Of a DNA stretch of 64,000 nt, positions 29,537 to 41,778 are shown piece by piece. The stretch covers positions 919,494 through 983,493 of the forward strand of contig CAVUDF010000001.1 in assembly GCA_963740195.1 (NCBI GenBank), given 5' to 3'. A program made the position numbers and the translations under genes. Under the pieces are notes generated by a model. The model had not been told where the DNA came from, made no database searches, and worked only from the letters and a program-made list of their open reading frames with translations. Origin of the DNA: an uncultured Planctomycetota bacterium. Its GTDB lineage: Bacteria > Planctomycetota > Phycisphaerae > Tepidisphaerales > Tepidisphaeraceae. Numbering within the stretch: the stretch's first letter is position 1; every line of letters starts with the position of its first letter.

Positions 29537-30967
29537 CGACAGCGCCCGTCGCTGCATCTCGAGCGTCTCCCGCTGAATCGTCGTGCCGAACTGGTTGAGA
29601 ATCGAATTGCGCGTCCGCTCACTCGTCTCGGCCGCGAAGTCGGCATCGCGGATGTCGCCCCGGGCGTTCGTCGCTCGCTCGTAGCCGATCCGGGCCGCGC
29701 GATCGAGCGTGTCGACCTCGTAGCGCAGGGTGGCGCCAAGTCGGCCACGCATCGTGGCAACCTGCTTGATGGCCGCATCGACCGCTTCGAAGGCCTGCTC
29801 GCTGCCCGTGTTGGCGACCTCTCGCAGCACTGCCAGCTTCATCGTCGAAGAGCCGAGGGAGCGAGTATCGATCTTTTGAATGGAGACCATCGTGCTGGGC
29901 CGTGCGTCGCCCGTCAGTGCAAAGGCAAGCGGTCCGCCGACGCTGTTCTGCGGCGTCGCCCAAGAGAGGCTGCCGGTCGTGCCGGTCGAATAGCTGCCGG
30001 GAGCGATGGTGATGTCGAACGGAGTTCCCGATGCCGATCCCGAGAACGCGTTGTCGAAGCTCTGCACGGTGCTTGTCCCGCCGCCGGTTATGGCGACGTC
30101 GATTTCGCCAGGCGTCGCGACGCCGGTGGCGCTGTCTTCGAGGGTGAACGGGTTGAAAAGGAATTTCTCGTAGGCCTCGATCGTGAAGTCGCCGTCGGCG
30201 GCGTTGTTGCCGGTGATCTCGATGCGATCGTCGTTCGGAACGGCAACGGTGACGTCGTGGCCCGCAAGTGCCGTCTGGATCGCCGTCTGGATCGAGGCGG
30301 GCGGGTCATTCGACTTGAAGTTGATCTGATGCACCGTGGGATCGCCAGCTCGCTGGAACGTGATGTAGCGGTCCCAGGGAAGCGCTCGCGGCGTAAAATC
30401 GAGAGCGGCAGCGGCGGCGACGGGCTCCTGCGTCACCTGGAAGCTTGCCGTGCCGGCGGGCGTGGTCGGGGTGACGTCAGCCGAGCCGAAGAAGCCGGGC
30501 GTGTTGATCGTCGTCTCCAGCGAGCCGGCGGCGGTTGAGACGCTGTATCGGCCGTCGAGCAGGGGCGTGTCGTTGAATTGCGTCCGACTCGAAGCGCGGT
30601 CAAGGCCGTCGAGGATCTGCCCGACCTCATTGTCGAGCGCCGCCTTCTCCGCAACGCTCAGGCCACCAGCGTTCGCACGCTCTGTCACGCGGCTGCGGAG
30701 GTCGAGGAGCATCGAACCCATCGACGCCAAACCCGCCTCTGCCGTCGACAGCACCGCCCGTGCCCGCTCGGCATTCCGGCCGGTGGCTTCGAGGCGCGTC
30801 TGGTGATTCCGCAGGTTCTCCGACGCGATCAGCTTTGCGGGCCCGTCTCGGCCGCGCTCGACCCGCAGGCCGGTGGCGAGTCGCCGCTGGCTTTCGTCGA
30901 GCCGGTCCTGCCGCTGTCGCGACGCCCGCTGCGCAACGAGGCTCGAGATGTTCGTAGACACACGCAT
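29525..30967 (-). CDS. flagellin-domain protein (FliC/FlgL family)
   Basis: N-terminal MRVSTNISSLVAQRASRQ...LATGLRV and C-terminal DADFAAETSERTRNSILNQ...LSLL match flagellin_N/flagellin_C. Start at the internal Met (30967). Confidence 0.7.
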   Translation of the reverse strand: MRVSTNISSLVAQRASRQRQDRLDESQRRLATGLRVERGRDGPAKLIASENLRNHQTRLEATGRNAERARAVLSTAEAGLASMGSMLLDLRSRVTERANAGGLSVAEKAALDNEVGQILDGLDRASSRTQFNDTPLLDGRYSVSTAAGSLETTINTPGFFGSADVTPTTPAGTASFQVTQEPVAAAAALDFTPRALPWDRYITFQRAGDPTVHQINFKSNDPPASIQTAIQTALAGHDVTVAVPNDDRIEITGNNAADGDFTIEAYEKFLFNPFTLEDSATGVATPGEIDVAITGGGTSTVQSFDNAFSGSASGTPFDITIAPGSYSTGTTGSLSWATPQNSVGGPLAFALTGDARPSTMVSIQKIDTRSLGSSTMKLAVLREVANTGSEQAFEAVDAAIKQVATMRGRLGATLRYEVDTLDRAARIGYERATNARGDIRDADFAAETSERTRNSILNQFGTTIQRETLEMQRRALSLLA

Positions 30968-31076
30968 AGAACGAGCGATGATCCGACCCCACCACCGGAT
31001 AACATGCCCGGCCATCCATCACCCTTGGCGGAACATCGACCCGTCGCACGCTTCGCTTGATGCAAAGCTTGCCCGA

Positions 31077-32924
31077 TTACTTGACGTTCGGGGCGGGCTT
31101 ACCTTTGTTTTCGGCGGGCGGCGTGGAGGTGTCGCCGTCCGGCTCGAGCACATCGGATAACTTGCCCTGGATGCGATCCACAAGCTTCTTGGCTTCGGGC
31201 GGCAGGCTCTTGAGGAAGCCGTCGGTGGCGTTGCCGATGGTGGCGGCGGACATGAACCGGCTGGACATCTTGGCCATCGTCTCCGGGTCGCCGAAGATCT
31301 GCATGTTCGCCTTGGCGAGCATATGCCCGAGCGCCTCGGCGGCGGCGACGCGGACGTCTTTGTCGGCGGCGATGCGGAGCTTGTTGATCTCAAAGTCGAG
31401 GGCCGCCGCCTCGAACTCGCTCTTGTTGGCCAGCTCCTGACGCTCGACCTCGACGCGTTCGCGTTCGACGTCGACCCGCTCGCGCTCGATCTGCACGTCG
31501 ACGCTCTTACGGGCCCGATCGCCCTCGGCTCGCTTGCTCTCGGCCGACGCGTCGGCTTCGGCAAGCCGCAGTTTCGCCTCCGCCTGAGCTTGGGCCGACT
31601 GCTTCTCGGCGTCCGCTTTCTTGATGACACGAAAAGCGTCGACTTCGGCCTCGGTCTGCTCGCGAATGCGGCTCTCGTCGATGATCTGCTGGGCGGCGAT
31701 GAGCTTCTGGGCCGCGTCTCGGTCGGCCTGGCTCTTGACCTCGACAGTCAGCACATCTTGCCGGGCCTGCTCCTTCTCGGCCTCAGCTTCGAGCGCCCGC
31801 GCCTGGGCGGCGGCGCGTACCTGCTCCTGCTCGGCGATGGCGGCCTCGCGCCGACGCTGGGCGACCTCGATCGCCTGCTGCTTGACCACCTCTGCCGTTT
31901 CTTGCTCCTGCAGCTTCTCGATCAGCGCGACCCGCTTAGCCACCTCGGCCTGTTCGACGGCGAGCGTCCGACGCACCTCGGACTCTTCGATTTCCTGCTG
32001 CCGTTCGATGTCGCGACGGTTGACCGCTTCTTCCTGAGCGATGCGGAACTCTTCCTGCTCACGCTTGCGGCCGGCCTGCACGTTGGCGACCTTCGTCCGC
32101 TGCTCGGCCTCGAACTCGGCCTGATCACGCTGCATGTCGAGCACCTGCTTACGCGTGGCCACGTCCTTCAGCGTGATCTCCTGCTCGCTCTGTCGCTCGA
32201 TCTCGTTCCGCTGGACCTTCGCCCGCTGGGTGATCTCGGCAATTTTGCGAAGGCCCTGGGCGTCGAAGACGTTCCGCTCCTGAAGTTGGCTCGGGTCGGT
32301 CTGGTCGAGCGCGCTGATCGTGACCGACTCGAGCGTCAGGCCGTTGCTGGCAAGGTCGTGCGTGACGATCGCCTGCACCTTTCCGGCGAATTCGTCGCGC
32401 TTGCTGTGCAGCTCGACGAGCTCCTGCGTCGCAGCCACGGTGCGAAGGGCACTGACAAGCTTTTCCTGGACGAGTTCGCTGACGCTGCCGGGCGTGATGG
32501 AGCGTTCGCCGAGGCTTCGGCTGGCGTTGAGGATGTCGTCGGTGTTGGCCTGGACCTTGATGTAGAACTCGGCTGAGAGGTCGACGCGCAGGTTGTCCTT
32601 CGTGATGAGCGCGTGCGGCCCGCGGCGTTCGACGTTGAGCCGCATCGTCTCGAGCGAGACGGGGATGACCTGGTGGACGACGGGCAGGACGATGGTGCCG
32701 CCGTCCTTGACGACGCGTGCGCCGCCCATGCCGGTCCGGACGAAGGCCATGTTGGCCGATGCCTTGTGGTAGAGCTTCGTCACCACGGCTGCGATGCCCG
32801 CTGCGATCAGCACGATGAGGCCCAGGCCACTCAGAATGAGCTGAATCAGGCCATCCAACGCCGGCACGAACCAGGGGCCGATGGCCAAGGCGGCACCGAC
32901 GAGAAGCATGACGAAGAAGACCAT
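31077..32924 (-). CDS. flotillin-like SPFH/band-7 protein (YqiK/FloA-like) with long coiled coil
   Basis: N-terminal TM helix, SPFH domain, then about 350 aa of EA/QR-rich coiled coil. Length 615 aa. Confidence 0.8.
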   Translation of the reverse strand: MVFFVMLLVGAALAIGPWFVPALDGLIQLILSGLGLIVLIAAGIAAVVTKLYHKASANMAFVRTGMGGARVVKDGGTIVLPVVHQVIPVSLETMRLNVERRGPHALITKDNLRVDLSAEFYIKVQANTDDILNASRSLGERSITPGSVSELVQEKLVSALRTVAATQELVELHSKRDEFAGKVQAIVTHDLASNGLTLESVTISALDQTDPSQLQERNVFDAQGLRKIAEITQRAKVQRNEIERQSEQEITLKDVATRKQVLDMQRDQAEFEAEQRTKVANVQAGRKREQEEFRIAQEEAVNRRDIERQQEIEESEVRRTLAVEQAEVAKRVALIEKLQEQETAEVVKQQAIEVAQRRREAAIAEQEQVRAAAQARALEAEAEKEQARQDVLTVEVKSQADRDAAQKLIAAQQIIDESRIREQTEAEVDAFRVIKKADAEKQSAQAQAEAKLRLAEADASAESKRAEGDRARKSVDVQIERERVDVERERVEVERQELANKSEFEAAALDFEINKLRIAADKDVRVAAAEALGHMLAKANMQIFGDPETMAKMSSRFMSAATIGNATDGFLKSLPPEAKKLVDRIQGKLSDVLEPDGDTSTPPAENKGKPAPNVK

Positions 32925-32971
32925 GAGGAAGATTTGCTAAGTGCGGGAATGAAGAGGGATCAAGGCCGCAG

Positions 32972-33650
32972 CTAGAAGCTGGTGGCCTTTACTTTGAAGA
33001 TGCCGTGGTCGTAGGTCGTCAAGACGACGTCGGTGCCGGCGGGGATGGTGGCGTCGGCTCGAGCCGGGAGCTGGTAGCGATCGCCGCCGGCGTCGCGGAC
33101 GACGACGGTTCCGCCATCGGGCGAGACGGCGTAGACGACGGTGCCGCGCCTGCCGACGAATGACGCCCGGGCCTCGGCACTCGATTCGTTCAGCGGCATG
33201 TACGTCGCGATCAGCCGGCTGACGACGCTCGTGAGCGTGAATGCCACCACCACCGCCGTCGGCAGGGCGACGAAGAACGCCGTTGGTGCCCATCGTGTCG
33301 CGAAGCAGTTGCATCGTTGCGAAACCGACCATCCCGAAGGTCAGGCACAGGACCATCAGCACGATCGACAGGGGCACCCGACCGACGCCCAGCCACGTCA
33401 ACGAAGACAGAATGCCTTGGGCGTTGCCGACGTCGCTATCCGCATCGATGTCCGGCCGGGCGACGGCGTGGTCGGCCTCGAGTTCCACATCGGGTTCAAA
33501 GTCGACATCCGGCTCCCCGGCGATGTCGATGTCCGCCTCGCCGAAGGTCCAGCCGCTGAGCGAGTACGCGAACAGATACGCCAGCGCCAGGCCGAGCGGG
33601 ACGATGAAGATCAGATTCTGCCAGCCAAACAACCACTCTGCGGTCAACAT
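32972..33650 (-). CDS. NfeD-like membrane protein (YqiJ-type partner of flotillin), one frameshift
   Basis: TM-rich N-terminal part (ORF 32937..33650). The C-terminal OB-fold segment GRRGTVVYAVSPDGGTVVVRDAGGDRYQLPA...VVLTTYDHGIFKV lies in ORF 32972..33253 (other frame). It is immediately upstream of the flotillin gene, as in yqiJK operons. Confidence 0.6.
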
Positions 33651-33879
33651 GCCCCCTTATCTGTTGCCCGTCAGCGTACTGCCTTGGACTTCGGGATGGA
33701 AGGGACGCCACTGCTGCGGGGGGAGTAGAAGGCTCGCCGCTCAAGGCCCTCGGCTTCGACCAAAGAGGCTGCATCAAGGCCAAGAAGCTGATTTCGAAGC
33801 GGCTTCGCCGCGGCAACGGGGGACGCGGTTCATCCCACCGGATGACTTTGGGCCGTATGTGTGGCGGGTCATGCTCTAC

Positions 33880-34169
33880 GACAACATCCGCCTCGAGAAG
33901 CTCGGCCAGTTGAAGAAGTCGACCGACCCGTTTGTCTATCGCCTCTCGCTCGCGCGAACGTATCGGAACACGTGGGCAATGCTTTGGCCGTTCAAGTGGT
34001 TCGTCGGGCCGTACATTCGCCGACGCAGCCAGAAGCTGTTGGCAGCGACCGTGCCCGTCTGTCACATCGGCCGACGGTGCGGCAGGGGCTTCCATTCACG
34101 CTTCCTCATGACGCGGAGGAGTGGGTGCAGGAGAAACTCGACGAAGCAGCACAAACCGGTCACCCGTGA
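33880..34169 (+). CDS. hypothetical small protein (about 95 aa), probable frameshift
   Basis: MLYDNIRLEKLGQLKKSTDPFVYRLSLARTYRNTWAMLWPFKWFVGPYIRRRSQKLL has coding-like composition. The plausible C-terminus ...GLPFTLPHDAEEWVQEKLDEAAQTGHP is in another frame, with the break at about 34060. No family recognised. Confidence 0.3.
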
Positions 34170-34197
34170 CTCGCCAATCGGAGACTGCGTTCTCAAC

Positions 34198-35169
34198 TCA
34201 CGCCTTCCGGCCGACGTGGCTCAGGCGGTCGAACATGGCGCCGCCCAGGTTCCGGATCGACAGCTCCGGCAGCGGCGGCGTGCCGCCATCCGCTTCGCAG
34301 CGATGCCAGCAGCCCACGAAGCACCCGGCCGGGGCGACGAGCTTGTCGAGGACCGGCACCCGCCTGCCGCCACCGGTGGGGCGGAAGAGGAGCATCGTCG
34401 CGTCGTCGCCGTCGAGATTGCCGGGATGCAAGTCGCGTAGGGACGCGATGAGCTGCGGGATGACCTTCGACGCATCGTTGCCGTCGATGCTGTTGGCGAG
34501 CTCGATGAGCCCGCCCATGCTCAGCAACTCGCCGTCGCGGCCGCGGCTTTCGACGAGCGAGTCGGTGTAGCACAAGATGAGGTCGTCGCGATCAAGACCA
34601 ATATCGAACTGGTCATAGCGGACGGCAGAAATGACGCCAAGCGGCACGTTCGTCAGCGTGTCGTCGGGTTCCGGATTCTTCGCCTGCTCGAGACTCAGCC
34701 AGCGCTGATCACGCTTTCGCCAGATCAACGGCGGCGGGTGGCCGGCGTTGGAGACACTCAGCGTGCTCGTCGGGGCGAAATAAGTGGTGACAACTGCTGT
34801 CGCGAACGAGCCGCCCTCGACAATCTCGGCGAACTTACGGTTGAGGGCGGCGAAGAGCTTGCGCTGGTCGACGAAGTTGACGAAGCGGGTCATCAGCCCC
34901 TGCAACTCGGCGGCGACCTTCTCGACGTTGCTTCCGTGCCCGCTGACATCGGCAATCAGGACGCGGGCGATGCGTCCTGTAGCGCACGTGGAGACGAAGT
35001 GCACATCGCCGCCGGCGGCAGCGCCTTCAAATGGACGGCTGTAGACCCAGACGTCGAGGCCCGGCATGCCGAAGGCCTCATCGACGGCATAGCTGCCGCC
35101 GCGGAGCTGCATACACGCCAGCCGAATCGGGCGATGAACTGCGGCAGGCGGCGTTGCGAGGTGGGTCAT
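34198..35169 (-). CDS. PP2C-type serine phosphatase, SpoIIE/RsbU family
   Basis: GGDVHFVSTCATGRIARVLIADVSGHG and LILCYTDSLVESR match the SpoIIE-like phosphatase domain. Cys-rich C-terminal tail. Confidence 0.7.
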   Translation of the reverse strand: MTHLATPPAAVHRPIRLACMQLRGGSYAVDEAFGMPGLDVWVYSRPFEGAAAGGDVHFVSTCATGRIARVLIADVSGHGSNVEKVAAELQGLMTRFVNFVDQRKLFAALNRKFAEIVEGGSFATAVVTTYFAPTSTLSVSNAGHPPPLIWRKRDQRWLSLEQAKNPEPDDTLTNVPLGVISAVRYDQFDIGLDRDDLILCYTDSLVESRGRDGELLSMGGLIELANSIDGNDASKVIPQLIASLRDLHPGNLDGDDATMLLFRPTGGGRRVPVLDKLVAPAGCFVGCWHRCEADGGTPPLPELSIRNLGGAMFDRLSHVGRKA

Positions 35170-35205
35170 GGCATCGCGACTTCAAGAAGAAGCAGCATCG
35201 CCATC

Positions 35206-36124
35206 CTATTCGGAACCGGCCAATGTCGCATCGCCCTGCGTGAATCGGTCCCACGCCTGCATCAGCTGTCGGGTGACCTCGCCGACGCTGCCGCCACCGA
35301 CGGGCTTGGCCTCGAGCTTCGTCACGGGCATCACGCCCATCGCGCTGTTCGTCACGAACACCTCATCCGCGGCGAGCAGACGCGCCACGTCGATGGGCAG
35401 TCGTTGCACCTTGCCGACCTCGTCCTGCTCCATCACCCACGGCGAACCGTGCCCGGCAGGACGCACGACTTCGGATACGGACACGACCGCTTCACCGGCT
35501 CCTCCTTGAGGTCGTCGTTCGTCGGCGGCGTGACGATGTTGCCTTTCTCGACGATGAAGACGTTGCAGACGCTGCCACTCTGAAGAAAGTTGTGGACGTC
35601 GAACCAGAGCGACTCGCCGGCACCGCGTCTTGCCGCCTCGCGAAGGGCGGCGAAGCGGGCGAAGTAGTCGAGCGTCTTGTGCCCGGCCTGCAGGTCGTAC
35701 GGGTTGAGCTTGTGTTCGCTGTTGAGCACTGCCGTCATGCCGCGGTCGCGGTATTCGGGCGGGTAGTGCGTCATCTCACCCGCGGTGAGAAGGACGGTGG
35801 GCCGATGGATCTCGCCGTGGATCGGGTCTCGCTCGGTGCGGCCGCGGGTGACGGTGAGGCGCAGGCGAGCGTCCGGAAGGTCGTTCCGCGCGAGCAGCCC
35901 GCCGGCAGCGGTGGCTAGCACCTCGTCCTTGAACGGCAGCGGGACGTACAGGGCGTCGCACGATCGGCGAAGCCGCTGCAAGTGGGCTTCGAGCATGACG
36001 ACGCGTCCGCCGACGGCCCGCATGGTGGTAAAGACGCCCGCCGCGTGAAGGAACCCGCCGTCCCGCGGATCGATCCGTGCGGCGTCGCCTCCACGAACTC
36101 GCCGTTCATCCAGACATCAGGCAT
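35206..36124 (-). CDS. class IV PLP-dependent aminotransferase / aminodeoxychorismate lyase-like, two frameshifts
   Basis: Three consecutive coding segments in different frames: MPDVWMNGEFVEA... (36124..), MRAVGGRVVMLEAHLQRL...ESLWFDVHNFLQSGSVCNVFIVEKGNIVTPP (36023..35433) and ...ADEVFVTNSAMGVMPVTKL (35484..35206). All match the PabC/IlvE/DAAT fold family. Confidence 0.65.
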
Positions 36125-36448
36125 GCCTCAAGCGTACGAGGCCTGGGCCGCCCTTCGACGATCCGCGACGCCGGAACAGAAGCAGGTCGTGCTTCAGCAA
36201 GACGCAAGCGTTGCAACTTCGCCATGCCCAACCCCGTTCGTCGTGCTGAAGCACGACCTACTCCACTTGGACGCCTTGTGGCACGAACTAAAGATCGTGA
36301 CACGGGAGATCAAGTGCATGACACGCTCTCGGTAGCTGGACCACCGAATGAGCATCTTGCACATCGCTACAGCACATGTATGTTGCCAGAACCTGCCGCC
36401 GCCGTGGCGGTGGGGAGAGACTGCATCCAGCCATTCCAGGGGACTTCT

Positions 36449-37417
36449 GTGACCGATCGACGCCACCGCCTCGCCGCGTTCCTCGCGGCCGCCGTTTTGT
36501 TCTTGTCCGCCCTCTGGCCGGCCGCCGCCGTCGCGTCGACGGTCGGCTGGGACGACGACGACTTCCTCGTCGCCGGGTTCAACAGCGACACGATCGGGGT
36601 GTACGACAGCGACCTGACGTTCAAGCACAACCTCGTCACGGGCTTCAACGCGGTCACCGGGCTCGACTTCGACGCGGCGGGCAACCTTGTCGCGGCAGGT
36701 CAGCAACCCAGGACAGGTCCGTGTTTTCAGCCCCGCCGGGACGCAGCTGTCGAGCTTCAACAACACTGACCTCGGAGCCCCGATCGACCTGAAGGTCGGC
36801 CCCGATGGCAACTACTACGTCGGGACCCAAGGCATTCGGCGGAAACGGGTTGGTCGAGTTCACCCCGACCGGCGTGACGGGGCGGACCTTCGACACGGGC
36901 AACCACGACGGCGTGGCCGTCCTGCCCGGCGGCGTGCTCTGGGGCGGCGATAGCATCAACAGCACGGGCATCGAGGTGTTCGACCTCGCCACCGGCAGCA
37001 ACACCGGCACGATCGACTTCGACAACGGCCAGCAGCGGGCTGCGAGCATGAGCTACAGCGTTGCCACCGGTACCGTCCTGATGGCTGACATCTCAGCGGA
37101 TAGCGTCTTCGAGCGGACCACGGACGGCACCTTCGTCCGCTCCTTCACCGCGACTGGCTTCGGCCTACCGCTTGGCGTGACCCGCGGCCCGAACGGCGAC
37201 GTCTTCGCTACCGACGTTTTCGATGACGGCGTCTACCGCTGGCAGGCCGACGGCACCTACGTCGGCTTCACCAGCCTCGGCGGCGGCCTCGACGCTCCCG
37301 TCAACATCCTCTGGGCCGGCAACAGCCCGACGGTCATCCCCGAGCCCTGGCGGCGATGGGCGGGCTCTCCCTGCTGAGCCTCCTCGGCCTGCGGCGTGTG
37401 GGACGTGTTTCGCGATG
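36449..37417 (+). CDS. NHL-repeat beta-propeller protein with PEP-CTERM anchor, at least 3 frameshifts
   Basis: Signal peptide ([22 protein letters not shown]). NHL-like repeats appear across ORFs 36077.., 36687.. and 36805... The C-terminus VIPEP then shifts frame to ...[23 protein letters not shown]. The PEP-CTERM tail is restored by adding one C to the gagccc run at about 37343. Confidence 0.6.
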
Positions 37418-37701
37418 AACGTCAGGCCGCGGCCGAGACAATGTCGCTCGCCCACGCGGCGAGGTCGTCGCCATTGAGCGGCACGGGCAGGATCGGCAGC
37501 GCGTCGTCCGGCAGCAGGTCGCGGCCGGTGGATCTGGAGGTCCTTCTCGGCCTGTCGAGCGTGCGTTTCCGGTCGTGCTGCAGGAGCCGGAGGAGTCGTC
37601 TCAGCTTGAGGGCAACACCAGCCCAGACGCTCGCGGGAACCGAATTTGATGGCCTGAAGGTCGCGACGACGTTGATCGGCGACTCCTACCCTCCGCCGCC
37701 C

Positions 37702-39582
<1,881 letters not shown>

Positions 39583-39619
39583 GGCACCGCGTCCTCTGAA
39601 GGCGGCGCCTGCGCCAGGC

Positions 39620-40231
39620 TTAGGGAGCGTCGAAGGTTTGACGCATCAGCATCTCGCCGTAGCGCTTGAGCCACGCTTCGTGCTCACGCATCTTCGGACA
39701 CGCCAAGGCAACACGGCCCCAGAAGGCGGCCGAGTGGTTTGGCTCGTCCAGGTGCACCAGTTCATGGACGACCAGATAGTCGAGCACCGCCGGCGGGGCC
39801 ATGACGATGCGGAAGTTGAATGAGAGCGTCCCACGCGCGGAGCAACTGCCCCAACGGGTTCGCTGGTCTCGAATGACGAGCCTGCTCGGCGGCTTCTTGA
39901 CGATGTCGCCGCGTCGCTCGATGGCCGAGGCAAGGTCCTCTCGGGCGAGCCGGCGAAGTTGTGGCTCGATCGGCCGCGAGAGTGTCGTGAGCGAGACGGC
40001 TTCTCCGCGGAGCAGCAGCTCACTTGGGCGAAGGTTGAAGGCTGCGCGTGCGACATCGAGCTGCCGCTCTTGGTCGAGGAGACGCTTGCCGATCCACTCC
40101 CGGTGGTCTTGCAGCATCCGTCGAGCCATGGCCTGAGGGGCCCGTCGGGGCAGGGTGATGCGTAGGCCGTCGGCGGTGAGTCGAAGGTTGGCTCGCCGGG
40201 CCCGCGGGTGCCGGCGGACGTCGCAGATCAT
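39620..40231 (-). CDS. YgjP/SprT-like M48-family metal-dependent hydrolase (DUF45)
   Basis: RWGSCSARGTLSFNFRIVMAPPAVLDYLVVHELVHLDEPNHSAAFW contains the HExxH motif in the context typical of YgjP. Start at the internal Met (40231). Confidence 0.7.
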   Translation of the reverse strand: MICDVRRHPRARRANLRLTADGLRITLPRRAPQAMARRMLQDHREWIGKRLLDQERQLDVARAAFNLRPSELLLRGEAVSLTTLSRPIEPQLRRLAREDLASAIERRGDIVKKPPSRLVIRDQRTRWGSCSARGTLSFNFRIVMAPPAVLDYLVVHELVHLDEPNHSAAFWGRVALACPKMREHEAWLKRYGEMLMRQTFDAP

Positions 40232-40386
40232 CCTGCGTCCTGCTATGACGATCGACTCCACGCGGGCAACGTAGCAAGCCTTACAGGTAAAGAATGCATT
40301 GACATCTGTGCCTGAATGATGAAGGTCTCGAACAGGTTCTCGGCCACGCCGATAACATCCACCTCCTCTTCGCTCCAGGCGAGACC

Positions 40387-41739
40387 ATGCACAGCACCAA
40401 GATTTCCATTTCTCTTTCCGCCATCGCTCTCGCCGCGGCCCCGGCCGCTGCTCAGGTGACGGCCACCACACTTGTCGTCGAGGGCGGACCCGTTCCCGGA
40501 GCCCCGGGCCTCGCCGTCGCATCTGTCGGCAACGTTGCGACCAACGGCATCGGTGGCTTTGCCGTCGGCCTGTCGGATGACATGGGCGTCAGCCGGATCT
40601 ACGGGCAGAACCCGGGCGACGGCTCGTTGATGCTGCTTCGCGCTGAAGGCGATGTTCTGGCCGACGGAACCGTCACGGGCGTCGAGTCCTTCTTCGGCGT
40701 CAGCGACAGCCTGACCGAGTTGAGCGGCACCGATGTCGATGGCAACCAGGGCATCTACTTCGGCGACACGAAGGTGCTCCTGGAGCCGGAAGCCACGCCG
40801 ATCCCCGGCACGTTCTGGACCTTTGCCTCGGCTCCCGATGTCACGGCAATCGGCATCGGGCACTTCGTCGGTGGCTTCTCCGATACCATGGGCGGCGGGA
40901 CCACCGGACGCGGCCTGTTCAGCGTCGATACGACGGGCGACGTCAAGCCCCTCATCGTCACCGGCGACGTCGTCGGCAACACCGGCGGTCTGACTGTGCA
41001 GAACGAGAACCCCGGCTTCGGCGGCGGACTGAGCCGCGACGGGACCTTCTACGCCTACGAAGTTCGCGTCGGCAGCGGTGTTTCCGCCGATGGGGTCGTC
41101 GTGGTGAATGATGATGCGGTCGTGGCGGGCTCGGGCATCCTTCGCGAGGGGTCTGCAATCGATGCAGCGGTCGGCGGCCTGCCTGGCGAGGCGTGGGACA
41201 ACTTCGACGCCGTCAAGATCAACGAGGCGGGCACGCTGCTCGTCACCGGCGACACCGCCGGCCCGACGGCGACTGACGAGTTCCTCTTCCTCGACGGTTC
41301 GATCGTGCTTCGCGAAGGTGACAGCGTCAACGGCGGGACCCTCACCGGCGCCAGCGAGTGGGCCGACCTGAACGAGTCCGGTGACTACGGCGTGGTCTGG
41401 GGCATCGACGACGGCTCCGACGACCTCGAGGCCCTCATCGTCAACGGCGAGGTGGTGCTGCTCGAGGGCGACGCGATCGACTTCAACGGTGACGGCATGA
41501 TTGATGGCACCGATGGGGTTCTGCAGAACTTCACGGGCCTGCGCAATGTCGCTATCGGCGAGCGGGTCGACGGCTTCGTCGACGTCTACTTCACCGCCGA
41601 CTTCGACTTCAACGGCACTCTCACGACTTCGGACGATCTCGAGGCGGCCGTCATGGTCAGCGTCGCCATTCCGGAGCCGACGGGTCTGGCCGCGATGTCG
41701 CTGGCCGGCGTCGGGTTCCTGGCCCGCCGTCGTCGCTAA
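40387..41739 (+). CDS. secreted repeat protein with C-terminal PEP-CTERM sorting signal
   Basis: Signal peptide MHSTKISISLSAIALAAAPAAAQ and a Gly/Asp/Thr-rich body. C-terminus VAIPEPTGLAAMSLAGVGFLARRRR. Confidence 0.7.
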   Translation: MHSTKISISLSAIALAAAPAAAQVTATTLVVEGGPVPGAPGLAVASVGNVATNGIGGFAVGLSDDMGVSRIYGQNPGDGSLMLLRAEGDVLADGTVTGVESFFGVSDSLTELSGTDVDGNQGIYFGDTKVLLEPEATPIPGTFWTFASAPDVTAIGIGHFVGGFSDTMGGGTTGRGLFSVDTTGDVKPLIVTGDVVGNTGGLTVQNENPGFGGGLSRDGTFYAYEVRVGSGVSADGVVVVNDDAVVAGSGILREGSAIDAAVGGLPGEAWDNFDAVKINEAGTLLVTGDTAGPTATDEFLFLDGSIVLREGDSVNGGTLTGASEWADLNESGDYGVVWGIDDGSDDLEALIVNGEVVLLEGDAIDFNGDGMIDGTDGVLQNFTGLRNVAIGERVDGFVDVYFTADFDFNGTLTTSDDLEAAVMVSVAIPEPTGLAAMSLAGVGFLARRRR

Positions 41740-41778
41740 GACTGCAGAGGCCGATGTCGGGCGTTAAGGTCATGGACC

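Noticed and set aside
31323-32576. 417-aa plus-strand ORF inside the flotillin gene region
   Set aside because: Leu/Asp/Gly-rich translation of the reverse complement of the flotillin coiled-coil region. An artefact of repetitive GAG/CTC-rich sequence.
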